Virus record (IMG/VR): IMGVR_UViG_3300020451_002162
Coordinates: 27,566-91,565 of that record
DNA length: 64,000 bases
Direction: 5' to 3' (one strand)
Origin: a virus
Part shown: piece after piece, positions 48,301 through 59,300 of the stretch
How the letters are laid out: every line of letters begins with the position of its first letter
How positions within the stretch are numbered: position 1 is the stretch's first letter
The notes under the pieces: generated by a model
What the model was told of the DNA's origin: nothing
Database searches by the model: none
What the model saw: the letters and a program-made list of their open reading frames with translations, nothing else
Translations under genes and position numbers: made by a program

Positions 48301-51300
48301 AGATCCATCAGAATTAGATAAAAATGACACCCAGCTATCTGGTCGTACCAACCAATAACCATTATATGTTACATCCGATTGTTTGGTTAATTTAACTACA
48401 TCTCCAGCTTTTAGTTGAACTGTTTTATTCTGTTCGTCTGGGTGTGTATCTGATTTGATTGTTACTGTTACCTCTGGTGTGCCTGCCAGAGTAGTGACTT
48501 CTTCATCTATAATATAGTTGCAGTTAATTATATCTAGATCAGATGGGTATGAAAGTTTTTTATAATAAAAAGAACCAAGTCCTGAAAATACACTGTGTTT
48601 ATGTAATTTAACATATATTAACTCTTCTGTTTTTCCTGCAGGAGTATTATTGTAACTAAATATAGGAACTTCACTTACATACCAAGCCGATTTATTATTG
48701 CTTAATCCAACAACTACAGTATCAGATTTGCCAAAACTAAAATTTCTATATACAGGACGATAATACTGTCTATTTAAATCAGCTACTCTTTGTGCAATGG
48801 CTTGTCTAATGAAATATCCAACAATTGGGTCGTTAATGCCTCCATTACCATAAAAAGTGCTCAAAGTTATAAGACCATTCATAGCACCTAATCCAGTTGT
48901 CACTCCAAAAAAACTAGCAACAAGCAACAAATAACTAAGTAAGTTTGGAAATCCCACTAAATCTGCAAGAGTATCTCCTAGTAAGTCGTTTAAAGCATCA
49001 TAGTACGAACAATCAGAAACACCTGTTATATATTTATATGGGGCATTAATGTTAATACTAGGGACTATTTTCTTATTTGGTTTAAATATGTAATTAAAAG
49101 GACCGAGACTGTTTTGCACATAATCTCTTTTTTTGTAATCTATTTTGCCTAGAGTGTCTTTTCTATGATAATCAGGCTCATCATCAACATGTACAATCAA
49201 CTCCCAGTTACATAAACTATTATTTATAGTATTAGATGTTGTTCTTTTATCGGTGCTTTTTAAATTAGATAAAATATCATTAGATAGTAGATTATCCATA
49301 ATAGTAGTTCTATAATCAAATGGATTCAGAACATCTACTCTTAGTTTAGCTTTTAAGCTGCCTAATTTTTTACCTCTAAATTTACTTAAAGAAAATTTGC
49401 TGTTTAGCTTACTATTATTTTTAATAGCATTAATCATAACAAGATAACTGTTATCTAGACCTTCTAGACTAATATATGGATAGCCTCCATCAGCACCTTC
49501 TGAACCTGCCCAAGTGTCTCCCAGTCGACTGCTAGCACACAGCGTGGGAGGCAGCTTTTCTTCGTTGTTATGATCTAGTAAATTAGAACTAGTAGACTGA
49601 TGTGGCATTTCCATCCCAATGGAGGCTTCACTATTATATTTTTCTCTAGTCTGTCCCATAGTGTATTTATTGTAAAAATCTGAAAACCTTAACACATAAT
49701 TAGGTTGATAGTTTTTAATAGATTCTAAATTAAGCAAACATATCTTGCCAAAAGCATGTATTTTCTCTAGGTCTGTTATATATTTTTGCATAGCAGGTGT
49801 GGATTCTACCGTCCCTTGATCTATCATACTATATGTATTTTGATATGGTGTCTCTTCTTCTCCATGATACATTTCTAGTATAAATCTTAAATTTTGTGGA
49901 TTCTGATAGTTAAGGAAATTTAAATTTACTTCAATATTTTTGATTAGCTTTTCCAAAGATTCTGATTCATAAAGATCGTAACTCTCTTCAAGTTCTCCTG
50001 TAGATAGTTCTTCGTCATAACCAGAAGATGTAGAGTTGCCTCTTAAATACATAGATGCATCTTTGGCTGGGGGCCAACTACCTTCTTTATAGCCATACAA
50101 ATCTGCCTTGCGCCTGTTGTCTCCTCCTCCAAAAGTCCTTGCATCTACATATTTTTCTGGATTTATATAAATACTACTTTTTATAGTATTAAGATACGCT
50201 TTTTCGCCGCTTGGACCAGCTAGACTTGAGGAATAATATGTAGCATTAGGTCGCAAATCATAAAAACCTCTGCCGTCAAAAATATGAGTTCTGTATTTTT
50301 CTGTTCGATCTTCTAAAGCATAAGATCTATTATCTATAAAAGCATAATGTTCAGGATAAACAAAGCCTAAATTTGGCAAAAATAGACCTTTATCTAAAAG
50401 TATTTCATTTCCTGTTATGGGTAAGTTTTCTCTATAACAAAAAATACCCGTAGGGTCTAAAACAGGATTTCTTTTATCTAAAAAAAATGCTGCTCCACCA
50501 GGAATATGATCAGGTATCATGGTATTTCCAAGAATTGCTGACCTGTTGTTATAATCTCCATACGGATAAACTGGCACATCAACAGCAACTTTATCTGAAT
50601 CATTATGCCAAGTAAATTCTGTACTATTTGATGTCGTAGAACCATTTTCATCTACTTCATACGCAATAATATCTCCTCTAGTTAAATTATGTCCCCTAGT
50701 ATAAAGAACATCCAAGTCATCTGGATCTGTTAGCCACAGTGGTTTTTTTCTAAATACTTTTTCTTCATAAGTTGACGCACAATTAGGATAACAGTAACTT
50801 CTAAGATGAGAAATATTTAGCGAATATAATCCAACTGTTGTATTTCCTGGTTTATAAGTTAACTGTAAGTTTAAATCTTTAACCACTGCCTGTTTAAATA
50901 ATTGATCGTTTTGACCACTAGCATCTATAAAAAGTTTTACGTCTTTGGCTCGCAAGCACTCACTATTACCTCCGTCGTTAAAACTTATATCTCCTATATT
51001 AATAAAATGAGGAGTATCTATTAGCCACACTATTCCAGCTTTATCAAAACCGATACTATTAGCTATTCCACAATTTATTTTGCGAAATTGTATAATTCCA
51101 TCATCTCCCTGATAATTATTAGACAAATCAGCATCAAGTAGATAATTATAATGAGTAGTAAATATCACTCTGTCTACTTGACTAAAAGCTCCTACGTTTC
51201 TTGTACACTCAATCTCCCATGTTGATAAATCCTCATTACCTGCACAACTGGAAAGATATCCTCCTTCGGGGAATCCGGGCAAACTATCGACCCAGTTCCT

Positions 51301-53307
51301 TTCTGTTTGACATCCTGATGCATACATAGCAAAGCCAGGCTCAGCATCATTACTGTTATTATAAGTTCCAAACCTAAATGGAGTACCGAACACGCTAACA
51401 CTATCTAGATTATGAAACCTAAGACCATAAGGGCCTTTTTTAATTTTCCAACTATATTGAGTATCAAAGTCTGGACCTATTGGATCTTTAAAAGTGGTAT
51501 CGTCATAACTGGTTGAATAACTTGATCCTTCACTGTAATTTCGCAAATTTTCTGGAATAGACACACCCGTATGTAGATAGCCACTACCTAAATATAATAC
51601 AGTGTCATATTTAGCAGGTATTCCTGCGTCAGCATAATATAAGGTTTTATTAGTAGATCTATCTCCTTCGGCTCCGAGTATCTGAGCTTCGGTTCCTGAG
51701 CTAGTAAAATCTGTAGAGTAAGATAGAAATTTACTTGAATCTACAGAGCTAAGGCTGATTTCGTAATTATTATATAATGTATTATCAATATCGTTAGTTT
51801 CTGGATCATAATATGTACTAGCTATATTACTAAAAGTATAATGTATAAGACTACCTTCAATAGTATCCACATATACTAAATTAGTATCCTCATTAGGCTG
51901 TAGTGTTAATTCTGGAGCATATTTACTTGTTATTCTATGAAATAAAGAGATGGGATTGTCTACAGCACTTTCAGGAGATGTATTATTAATTTTTACATAT
52001 TGACTATCACTAGCTATGTTGATAATCTTACGAATAAGTTTTGCTATAGCACTAAATTGATCAGAAGCGCCTGAAAGAATGGCTCCTTCATGTATAAAAC
52101 TCCAGATAAGTGGATAGATTTTATTATAAACATCGCTATAACTATTAATAGTAACTCTATCTATTTGAGGAGCTGTGCTTAAAAAATTACATAAAAGATT
52201 AAAAGCTCTAGCCTCACGTTCTGTCATTTGACCATAACCATAAGTAATGTTATATGCGTCTTTGATAATATCAACAGCTGTTGCCTCTGCCTCTTTAACA
52301 TCTTCTCTATCATATGGATACAAAGCATGAAAAACTTCACGATAAATATTATGCAAAGATGGTGACAGGTAAGAAAAACTAGGCAAAGATCTTAGCTGTG
52401 TTCTGTCTCTGTCTACTTGATTATCATAAAAAGCAAAGGCTTCTCCATCAGGTATATATATAGAGTCTACATTATTGTCAAAAAAGCTTGGAAGATTCCA
52501 ACCTCTGTGAGCAAAGTCTGCTTCAATAGAACTTTGTCCTTTAACTTGGTAAGGAAAATTATTATCTCCAGACCCTCTAATATGTCCTAAAAAATTAATA
52601 AGTTCTTGATCTTCTGTAAATGTAATATTTGTGCCGTCTATTTGTGACCTATCTACTCCTAAATCTTTAGCTGTTCTATGATCTGTTTTCTGATAAAAAT
52701 GTCCTGATGCGATTGCTAATCCTGTATCAGGCTGTCCGTAAGGATAAAAAATAGAACCTATTGGCATATCTCTAAACACTAAACCTGTTGGCATGCTTTT
52801 CTTATACCAACATAAAATACCGTGCTGAGGCATAAAATTATTGTATTTATTTGTAAGCCTCCAATCAGATTCCATGTTTCGGTCTACTTCACTACCGTTT
52901 GTGTCTTTAGTTGTCCAAGAATTAAATTTACCAACAAATTTTATAAAACTATTAATACCCAAAGAAGGTTCTTTAAAATCTATTTTATCAATAATGCCTT
53001 TTTTATTTTGATCGCTTTGGTCTACAGTAATAAAAGCAGGATACCACATACCTGTGACATGTCTTTGTTCGGAACTATCATCATAAAGATCTTCTGTCTC
53101 GGAAATAATAGTATTCAATCCAGACATGTTGATCTCTATATCGAATGTTTTAGAACTTACATCAACTGTTGGATCCATACCGTCGTCATATATAATCTGA
53201 ATTTTATTTGAACTCAAATTTTCATATTCTACGCGATATGTCTGAAGATCGTTTAAGAAAGATTTATTGTATATGCTACATCCAGAATCTTGATTTGATC
53301 CATACAT
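45307..53307 (-). CDS. Very large (2666 aa) putative virion/tail protein with a P-domain-like region
   Basis: AGGA RBS; IKNIEVNLNF..NLRFIL and LRVD..LCNWELIV resemble a proprotein-convertase P domain; fibre motif LKAGDVVKL..Q...NGYWLV. Confidence 0.55.
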   Translation of the reverse strand: MYGSNQDSGCSIYNKSFLNDLQTYRVEYENLSSNKIQIIYDDGMDPTVDVSSKTFDIEINMSGLNTIISETEDLYDDSSEQRHVTGMWYPAFITVDQSDQNKKGIIDKIDFKEPSLGINSFIKFVGKFNSWTTKDTNGSEVDRNMESDWRLTNKYNNFMPQHGILCWYKKSMPTGLVFRDMPIGSIFYPYGQPDTGLAIASGHFYQKTDHRTAKDLGVDRSQIDGTNITFTEDQELINFLGHIRGSGDNNFPYQVKGQSSIEADFAHRGWNLPSFFDNNVDSIYIPDGEAFAFYDNQVDRDRTQLRSLPSFSYLSPSLHNIYREVFHALYPYDREDVKEAEATAVDIIKDAYNITYGYGQMTEREARAFNLLCNFLSTAPQIDRVTINSYSDVYNKIYPLIWSFIHEGAILSGASDQFSAIAKLIRKIINIASDSQYVKINNTSPESAVDNPISLFHRITSKYAPELTLQPNEDTNLVYVDTIEGSLIHYTFSNIASTYYDPETNDIDNTLYNNYEISLSSVDSSKFLSYSTDFTSSGTEAQILGAEGDRSTNKTLYYADAGIPAKYDTVLYLGSGYLHTGVSIPENLRNYSEGSSYSTSYDDTTFKDPIGPDFDTQYSWKIKKGPYGLRFHNLDSVSVFGTPFRFGTYNNSNDAEPGFAMYASGCQTERNWVDSLPGFPEGGYLSSCAGNEDLSTWEIECTRNVGAFSQVDRVIFTTHYNYLLDADLSNNYQGDDGIIQFRKINCGIANSIGFDKAGIVWLIDTPHFINIGDISFNDGGNSECLRAKDVKLFIDASGQNDQLFKQAVVKDLNLQLTYKPGNTTVGLYSLNISHLRSYCYPNCASTYEEKVFRKKPLWLTDPDDLDVLYTRGHNLTRGDIIAYEVDENGSTTSNSTEFTWHNDSDKVAVDVPVYPYGDYNNRSAILGNTMIPDHIPGGAAFFLDKRNPVLDPTGIFCYRENLPITGNEILLDKGLFLPNLGFVYPEHYAFIDNRSYALEDRTEKYRTHIFDGRGFYDLRPNATYYSSSLAGPSGEKAYLNTIKSSIYINPEKYVDARTFGGGDNRRKADLYGYKEGSWPPAKDASMYLRGNSTSSGYDEELSTGELEESYDLYESESLEKLIKNIEVNLNFLNYQNPQNLRFILEMYHGEEETPYQNTYSMIDQGTVESTPAMQKYITDLEKIHAFGKICLLNLESIKNYQPNYVLRFSDFYNKYTMGQTREKYNSEASIGMEMPHQSTSSNLLDHNNEEKLPPTLCASSRLGDTWAGSEGADGGYPYISLEGLDNSYLVMINAIKNNSKLNSKFSLSKFRGKKLGSLKAKLRVDVLNPFDYRTTIMDNLLSNDILSNLKSTDKRTTSNTINNSLCNWELIVHVDDEPDYHRKDTLGKIDYKKRDYVQNSLGPFNYIFKPNKKIVPSININAPYKYITGVSDCSYYDALNDLLGDTLADLVGFPNLLSYLLLVASFFGVTTGLGAMNGLITLSTFYGNGGINDPIVGYFIRQAIAQRVADLNRQYYRPVYRNFSFGKSDTVVVGLSNNKSAWYVSEVPIFSYNNTPAGKTEELIYVKLHKHSVFSGLGSFYYKKLSYPSDLDIINCNYIIDEEVTTLAGTPEVTVTIKSDTHPDEQNKTVQLKAGDVVKLTKQSDVTYNGYWLVRPDSWVSFLSNSDGSEIFKINHKIGHTSFDNDTSSEGQAFNTLSYSSNPNIEVTINSEPDYDAESEAINPIIRTTTIKNTSYYTQNNISITNNIPTGAELQDVGDAQTASNTSSRDFLNNNTWIVETLAPSATEWLRLRLQEIAPAEEEDDSAGDGGAPPPPPPPGLPEEESSTSDITTKHIIIDGYRGYYFFDIGQTVLDGSNTEAVITNKSLIATNAGYKTILSFEEPVYPEGRLGLPATSCNSILVFNPTYNTSDNKSDWTSNIDNIYKWPMEEHKQGLRTNNYNSYSTATAEGSIGYGTDVVRPGKLDTEQKINESFSLYEQANNSVNDYYKYFNFNLNNGTYFTFNQSDSLGDKLRAYRYSIEDIGLYSTDVVSKEFSLLERTAYDANTTPDPKNYDEFKSVDINNTYQPIYLALEQLAQQDFIEIKTNKLFNQEDINIADTGTITIDADLNFNNKVVRFDSDNYSRMIDFYDEITGTGDYIYNNITEAMDGNNIRALNAFYNTLSADPIKCYSSNDYNFEDCPAMNVKQRIVAKKKEADDIFHASGIATTSTTVAAHISGLALFANGGIEIKYNDTDLYWIHIDPENGCFVSNEMSVKIPVSTELQVLPINRSVQGTVLIEDSQMSPLDNNFSNYAIPDKDTGQVKLTDRNGGNYLIEYTDTKQQEIKNAWLQVDPTLNFSNMVDISIGSTSTSQVDINKMMFGYGESFNDTLFAWEDFYERPAALGSTYIDYQLKEVIDFGKPVYMKFRVMPPRKLKSHDQRFKRYLPTSDGGLGTSVIPPSTNYDLAADFYCWRCVDHDGEYVDTPPFYQMMNEMIFRGFFGSNDKIEQTNKTILTSQEPWEWIPYDFKPVQSSAEAIEGNSRGYVVEICNANAITDDNLDIVWNGSTVFSSANMVVDPDGSVYPSYRLYFLDGTSIGQADLIMSKSGACNINDVRGRVTLSPSEFLESNEIQVIPVVDQDHGNWGTVVTYKLNQDCGFGASVFDSQTYLFDGAEPNTSTIPLS

Positions 53308-53319
53308 CTATTTAATTCC

Positions 53320-56300
53320 TTACGAAATTGATATAAGTGTCCAATATCCGTCAATATAAGAAAACATACCTACTCCTGCTGATGTAGTAGAGAAACCTAA
53401 AGGATTTTTAAAAGACACAGACATTGTGGGAGAAGTATCTCCTCTCTTTTTTCCTTGTACATAACTCATTTTAATTGTTGCTGTGGTTGTACCAGAAGCT
53501 ATGGTTCCATAAACAATAAATTGTTGTTTAGCTATGGGCTCATAATAGCCTGTATCAGTGTCATATCTACAATAAAGTTTAGCTCCTCTAGGAGCAGTGT
53601 ATCCTGCCCTATCTTTAACATAAACCAGTTTTCTTAAATTATCTGCTAAAGCATTATTGGAATAACTAACATCATCATAGAAACCTCTTGCTGCAAATGT
53701 TTCATCTAAATCTGGGTCTTTCACCATGTCTTCTTCTAATGTAATATAAACATCTTTGTATACTTTAGGAGAAGGCTGAGCCCAAACTTGACGATCGGCA
53801 TCCCATCTCAAATCTACCGGACCAACCGGCCATAAGTCAGGACGTTCTGCCCAATTAAGATAAAATTGTTTTAACTTAATCTTTTTGGTCCAAGTACTAT
53901 TTATGTATTTTTGTGTTTTACTAATTATAGAACCACAATAGCCTTCAGGGTCATCAGTAGTCCCTGCATGATAACCTCCTGAGTCAGACATGTCGTCGTA
54001 ATAGGTTACCTTCCACACCTCTGTATTTTGCGTAATATCTTCTTGCAGACCTCCTCTAGAAATCTCTGTATCGTTTTGTAGTTTTATGTTTTGTAATTTT
54101 GCTGTTTCTACAGATACACCTCCGTTTTCCTGCGTCACAAAAGGCTCTCCTATGCTTAGGTTTTTATAAAAACTTGAAGTGCTATTTACACTCCTAACTC
54201 TTTTAAATCTTTTAGGTCTACCATACTGATCAATATCAAAAGGTTCATCGCAAGCATTGGGTACTGGATATCCCTCGCTATCATAGCCCCAACCATGCAA
54301 CATCATAGGACCTCTTATTCCTACAAATCTCATATTTTGTTCAGGCTTTTGGTCTTTTAATTTGCCATAATGTGTTCCAGAAAATCTGTCTATAAATCTA
54401 CTATCTAAATAATCATAATCATAATTTCTTATACCAGCGTCGACACTACTTTTGCCTCCTGGTTGAGATATATTATTAGAAGCATTAAATCCCGCCCCCA
54501 TAATATCTTTATATATAGATCCTCGACCAACTATAGAAATACTATTTCTTCCTTTGTCTACAAAACTTCTATCCTTTTCAGCTATTTTTAGTGCTGGATG
54601 AGCATTATCGGGATGTGCTCCTGAATAATTTTGAGCATTTGCGTTTTTGAATTCGTGTTGTGGCATTACTATAGGCTGTAATGTAGTAATGTTGATCGGT
54701 ATATTTAAAGATAATCCTAATCTATCTGTTTTATTCTTTCTTTGTATTTTTTGATACATGAATGCGTTGAATTTTCTTAGCTCTTCCAAGCCGTTGCCTG
54801 TTGTTATAACATATGGAGGCCATAGCTTTCCATCTTCTGATGTTGTAGTTGTAGACCCATATGCTTGTGCATTTAATTTTTCATAAGGTTTTACACAACT
54901 ATCACAATAGTAGTGTACGCTGCTGTATTCTGAGCTGGTGTTCGCTGATGATTTATATTTTTTATATGTTCTAACTATTTTTTTATTTCCATGACAAATA
55001 GGACATGAATTCTCATTATATTTAGATATACTATATGTACTTTTGGTATGAGTAGGATAAAAAGATATTGGAGAAAATATTCCATCTAAACTCATTATGG
55101 AAGAACCTCCCCAACTATCCTTTAAAGCATCACCCAATTCGCTATCTGGATAAATTTTACTATGAGTATCTACTCTATGTTCTAAATGTAAAAATGGTAT
55201 CTGACTCAATGATGTTTGCTGAGTAAATCCTCCTGCTAAATGCCCAGAACCTCCCGGATCATTTGTGTGAGCAAGTCTCACAATTCTGTCGTCAACATCA
55301 CTTCCAGTTAACCGGCTTGGAGAACTGAAAGTAGATGTCACCGCACCACTTTCATCAAGTCCACTAAATTTAGGTAAAGTTTTTACAGCGTTACAAACTA
55401 TAGTGGTTACTGGACTTGTTCCAAACGTAGGAACCGCAGAATCATCTGTGTTATTAAAATTCTGAGCTCTTTTGATAGCCTCGTTATCTGCAAATTGATT
55501 GTTATTAATTGTTTGTTGTAACTCACCTATTTCTTTCTTTCTCAGCATATTTTGTTGAGCCATCTTTTTGCTTCTTTCTATATCCTGCCTGTCGAATAAA
55601 GAAAGTTTTCTAGTATAAGTCCTGAAAGAATATTTGGTACTAATACCATTTTGACCCATACTGGTCATGATATTGGTAAGTATAGGCGCTTGAGTAAAAT
55701 ATTGGCTTGTAAGTCTATTACCGTTTTTGTCTTTGATAGCTATACTTGGAACTTTATAGACAATATCACCACTGATATAACCTGGATCATTTATAGCCAT
55801 ATACTCATTAATATTAGTAAGCTCAGGAAAATTATTACTAAATAAAGATCCTTCTTTTACATCTTTAAAAGTATAAGTATCTTCAAATTCTGTGTATACA
55901 AGATCTTTATTAGTTGTATTCTCGTTGAAAGAACCACCAAGATTAAATAACGGTATTCCCGCAATGTCTAGTGATCCTACTTCTATATTTGTTTGATAAT
56001 TTACGCTACCGCTAACATACTTTGTTGCAACATCATCCAACGCAGACATTCCTGCAAAATTCCATGGCGCAAAATCAGAATTTATTTCAAATTTAGTATC
56101 AGTAATAAAATTGTCTATTAATAAATGTTTTTGATTACTAGTTGGTAAATCAATAGCTCTGTCGTAACATACGTTAAAGTCTGTATTTGGATTTCTAATC
56201 TCCGTTTCTTTACCAGTAGTAAATATCCCAGTGCTATCCAACAAAGCCGGATAATTTGTCCAAGGTCCGTAGCAGTAGGTATTAGATTTAATTGGTATGC

Positions 56301-59300
56301 CAGCAAAAAAAGGATGGGCGCATTTGGGTGATATTTTTGTGTTTCTTCCTGTACTATTATCATTTACAGCAGTCATAGACTGTAGGGAGTTGAATGTGTC
56401 TATATAAGGACTAAAAAATCTAGATAAAAATCTTAGCCTGCTCGCTCTACGGCCTCCTGCTCTAGTGTATATAGCAACATCTTCCATACCAATAGTAGCA
56501 GAAACTGTGTTGGAAGGATCTGTTTGATATTGCTCACTACTATTATTTAACCTTAAAGCCTCAGTTGATACAATCATTCGAGCATCAAGCATTTTTTCTG
56601 GATCAAGAAAACTAAATTTAGGAGAAACATTACAAGTTTTATATAGTTTTCTTTTAAGGGCACCGTGATTTCTACCAAACGCATCTAAGCCTTCAATTGT
56701 ATCAGGGCTCTCAAATTCACCCTGATCACTAAACTTAGCATTACTTAAAACCCCATTATTAAGACAATCTACAATAACGAAATTACCTGCATCACGAGCA
56801 AGATCAGATAAAAGAAGATTTTCAAAATAGTATTTATTTTTAGATACTCCGTCTACGTTAACCAGAGCTTCTGCATCATCCCAAGCGCTATAAGTAAAAT
56901 AAGGATTTACACTACTTATAGCATCAGGGTCCAGCGGATCACCAACATTGTTAGCATTGAGTATTGTTTTTTGAGCCAACTGATATCTAAAATAATCAAA
57001 AGAAAGAGTGGCATTATATCCTAAGATAGGATTAATTTGGCCCTTGTCGTTAGTTAAAGTAGCCCAATTGTTATCTCCACAAATGATATTATCATCAATC
57101 TGATTACCATACTCTTCCCAGGCTCCGTTATCATTGGCGCAAGGTTCATAATTATATCTAATTTCACCTCCACCTTTAAATACTTTTATGTCTCCTAAAT
57201 CTGTTTGTAGATTAAATTTATACGGTTCTGTTTGTGTCTTGCTTTGAAGATATGGAGCCATTACCATATATTGTCTACCGTAGAATTCTTGGCCAACAGA
57301 CTTGATAAAATTACATACCAAATCCAAATCTTTTCTAGCTTCAGAAGGCAATTTGTACATAGCCGTCGAACTACCTACTTCATCACCACCAGGCGCTCCT
57401 TCTGGACCACAGAAATTCTCCTGTAAATATCCCCAGGACCAATCATTTTGCTTTAAAGCTAATTCAAGAGCCTTTTCAGCGGTGTATCCTTCACCCATTA
57501 AGTGTTGTTTAGATCTTTCCACATAAGCGCTATGCAACATAACATATGTGTCTGTTTTATATATTTTACCTAAAGTATATGAGGCAAAACTATCCTTACC
57601 AGCCATTGCGCTTCTAAACTCAGACTCTGTAATTATGAACCACTCTGCTTCATATGAAGGTGTTGCTACTTCTTCTTCATCATCTGGAGGCGCTTCGGGC
57701 GTTGATGTTGCAGTTGCATCAGGTGCGGCAGTTTGTTCAGGATCTGCTGTAGCCAAATCTATAACAGAAGAAACCATGCTAACACTAGATTGACGATTTA
57801 ATGTATAGCTGGTATATCTACCCTTTAATCCAATTCTGGTCTTGGGCAATTCTGACTTATGAAACAACACACATATTTGACCTGTCCAAAAATCATACCA
57901 AACCGGTCTAATTCTTCTAAAATCTGTATTTTCATTTTGGGCATCTATTTTATATCTATCTTCTAACAAATATCCAAAAAATGGACACACAACATCTCTA
58001 TATAATGGGAAAAATCTTCTGTTGGTTATAGACGTTTGTTCTCCAATATTATTGATATCTGCATTTGCTACTTTTAACGTATCGTCATCTCCTCCACAAG
58101 GATCTAAAGCAAATCTAGCATCAGTTCCATGAGTAATTAATTGAGATTGTCTATAGTTGCCGCTTCTAATTTGTGTATTTTGGGTTAAGGGATCGTGTAC
58201 TAATTCGCTATCTTCAAAATTACTATCTCTATCATTAAACTTTAGTTCTATTTCTCCTTTTACTGCTTCGTCATTTTTTAAAGACGTTACTCTTTCATCT
58301 AATATGGGGTTTCTTGTTGAATAAAACGCAGGAAATTTAACTTTGCCATAATGAAAAAGTGTGCTATTAACCGATTCTCTAGCTCCAGTGTCGGTTAAGC
58401 AATCTACAGAACTAATATCAGGTAGTGATATTCTACCTAGTTGATAGTAGTCAATAAACCGCCAATTGTCTGTAGCTGTTGCAGGTGCTGGTTCAGTCGA
58501 TCCATCTCCGTCAGCTCCTGCTGGGCAAAAAATATAAGAACTTTGAGTATAAGCAAGTCTAGTACTCTTAGCTTGATAAAGTCTTTGTTGATTCGGCCCT
58601 ATTACCAAAGATCTGCTAGCAGCATCATTAGTCTCTTTACCATACGAAAATGACCCAACAGGATAATCATCACACACTAATTTACTAACAGTGCTTTTAA
58701 CACCATTTACTAAAGGAGCAAACCTTCTAGTGACAGCTATGATTTTTATAACCCAACCATCTGGAGTATTAATCATACTAGTAGTCCAATCCAATCCATG
58801 GTCGTCACAAATTTGATCTATAAGCTCACTAATAGACATAGAATCTGCTTTAATTTTTTTGTCACTACCAGCAATACTATTAGCAAGTTCCGACAGGTCT
58901 AATCTAAAATTACACCTCTTATTACCGGTCCATTTACCATCGGTCGGAGCAATTAGTCCCCATTTATTAGTTGTAATATATTCGCCTGTAATTGGATCAT
59001 GAGCAACAGGAGCTAAAATTCTACCAAAAGGAGAAAAGGCATTTTTAGGACCAAACTCACTATGAAGATTATCTCCTGGGGCTTTTTTAGTAATGTCGTC
59101 TGCGCCAGTTAATATTCTCAACCCATCAATAATTTGAGTAGCTAAAAATCCATCCGACACCTTATAAGAAGAACTTCCGAAAAATTGAGGACCAAAAGAC
59201 TCTAGAAACCCATAAACATTAAAAATATTTGGTATATTACCATAAGAAATATTGGTAGTATTGTATTTTAGTAAATCTCCAACATAATTACCTGGAGCAG

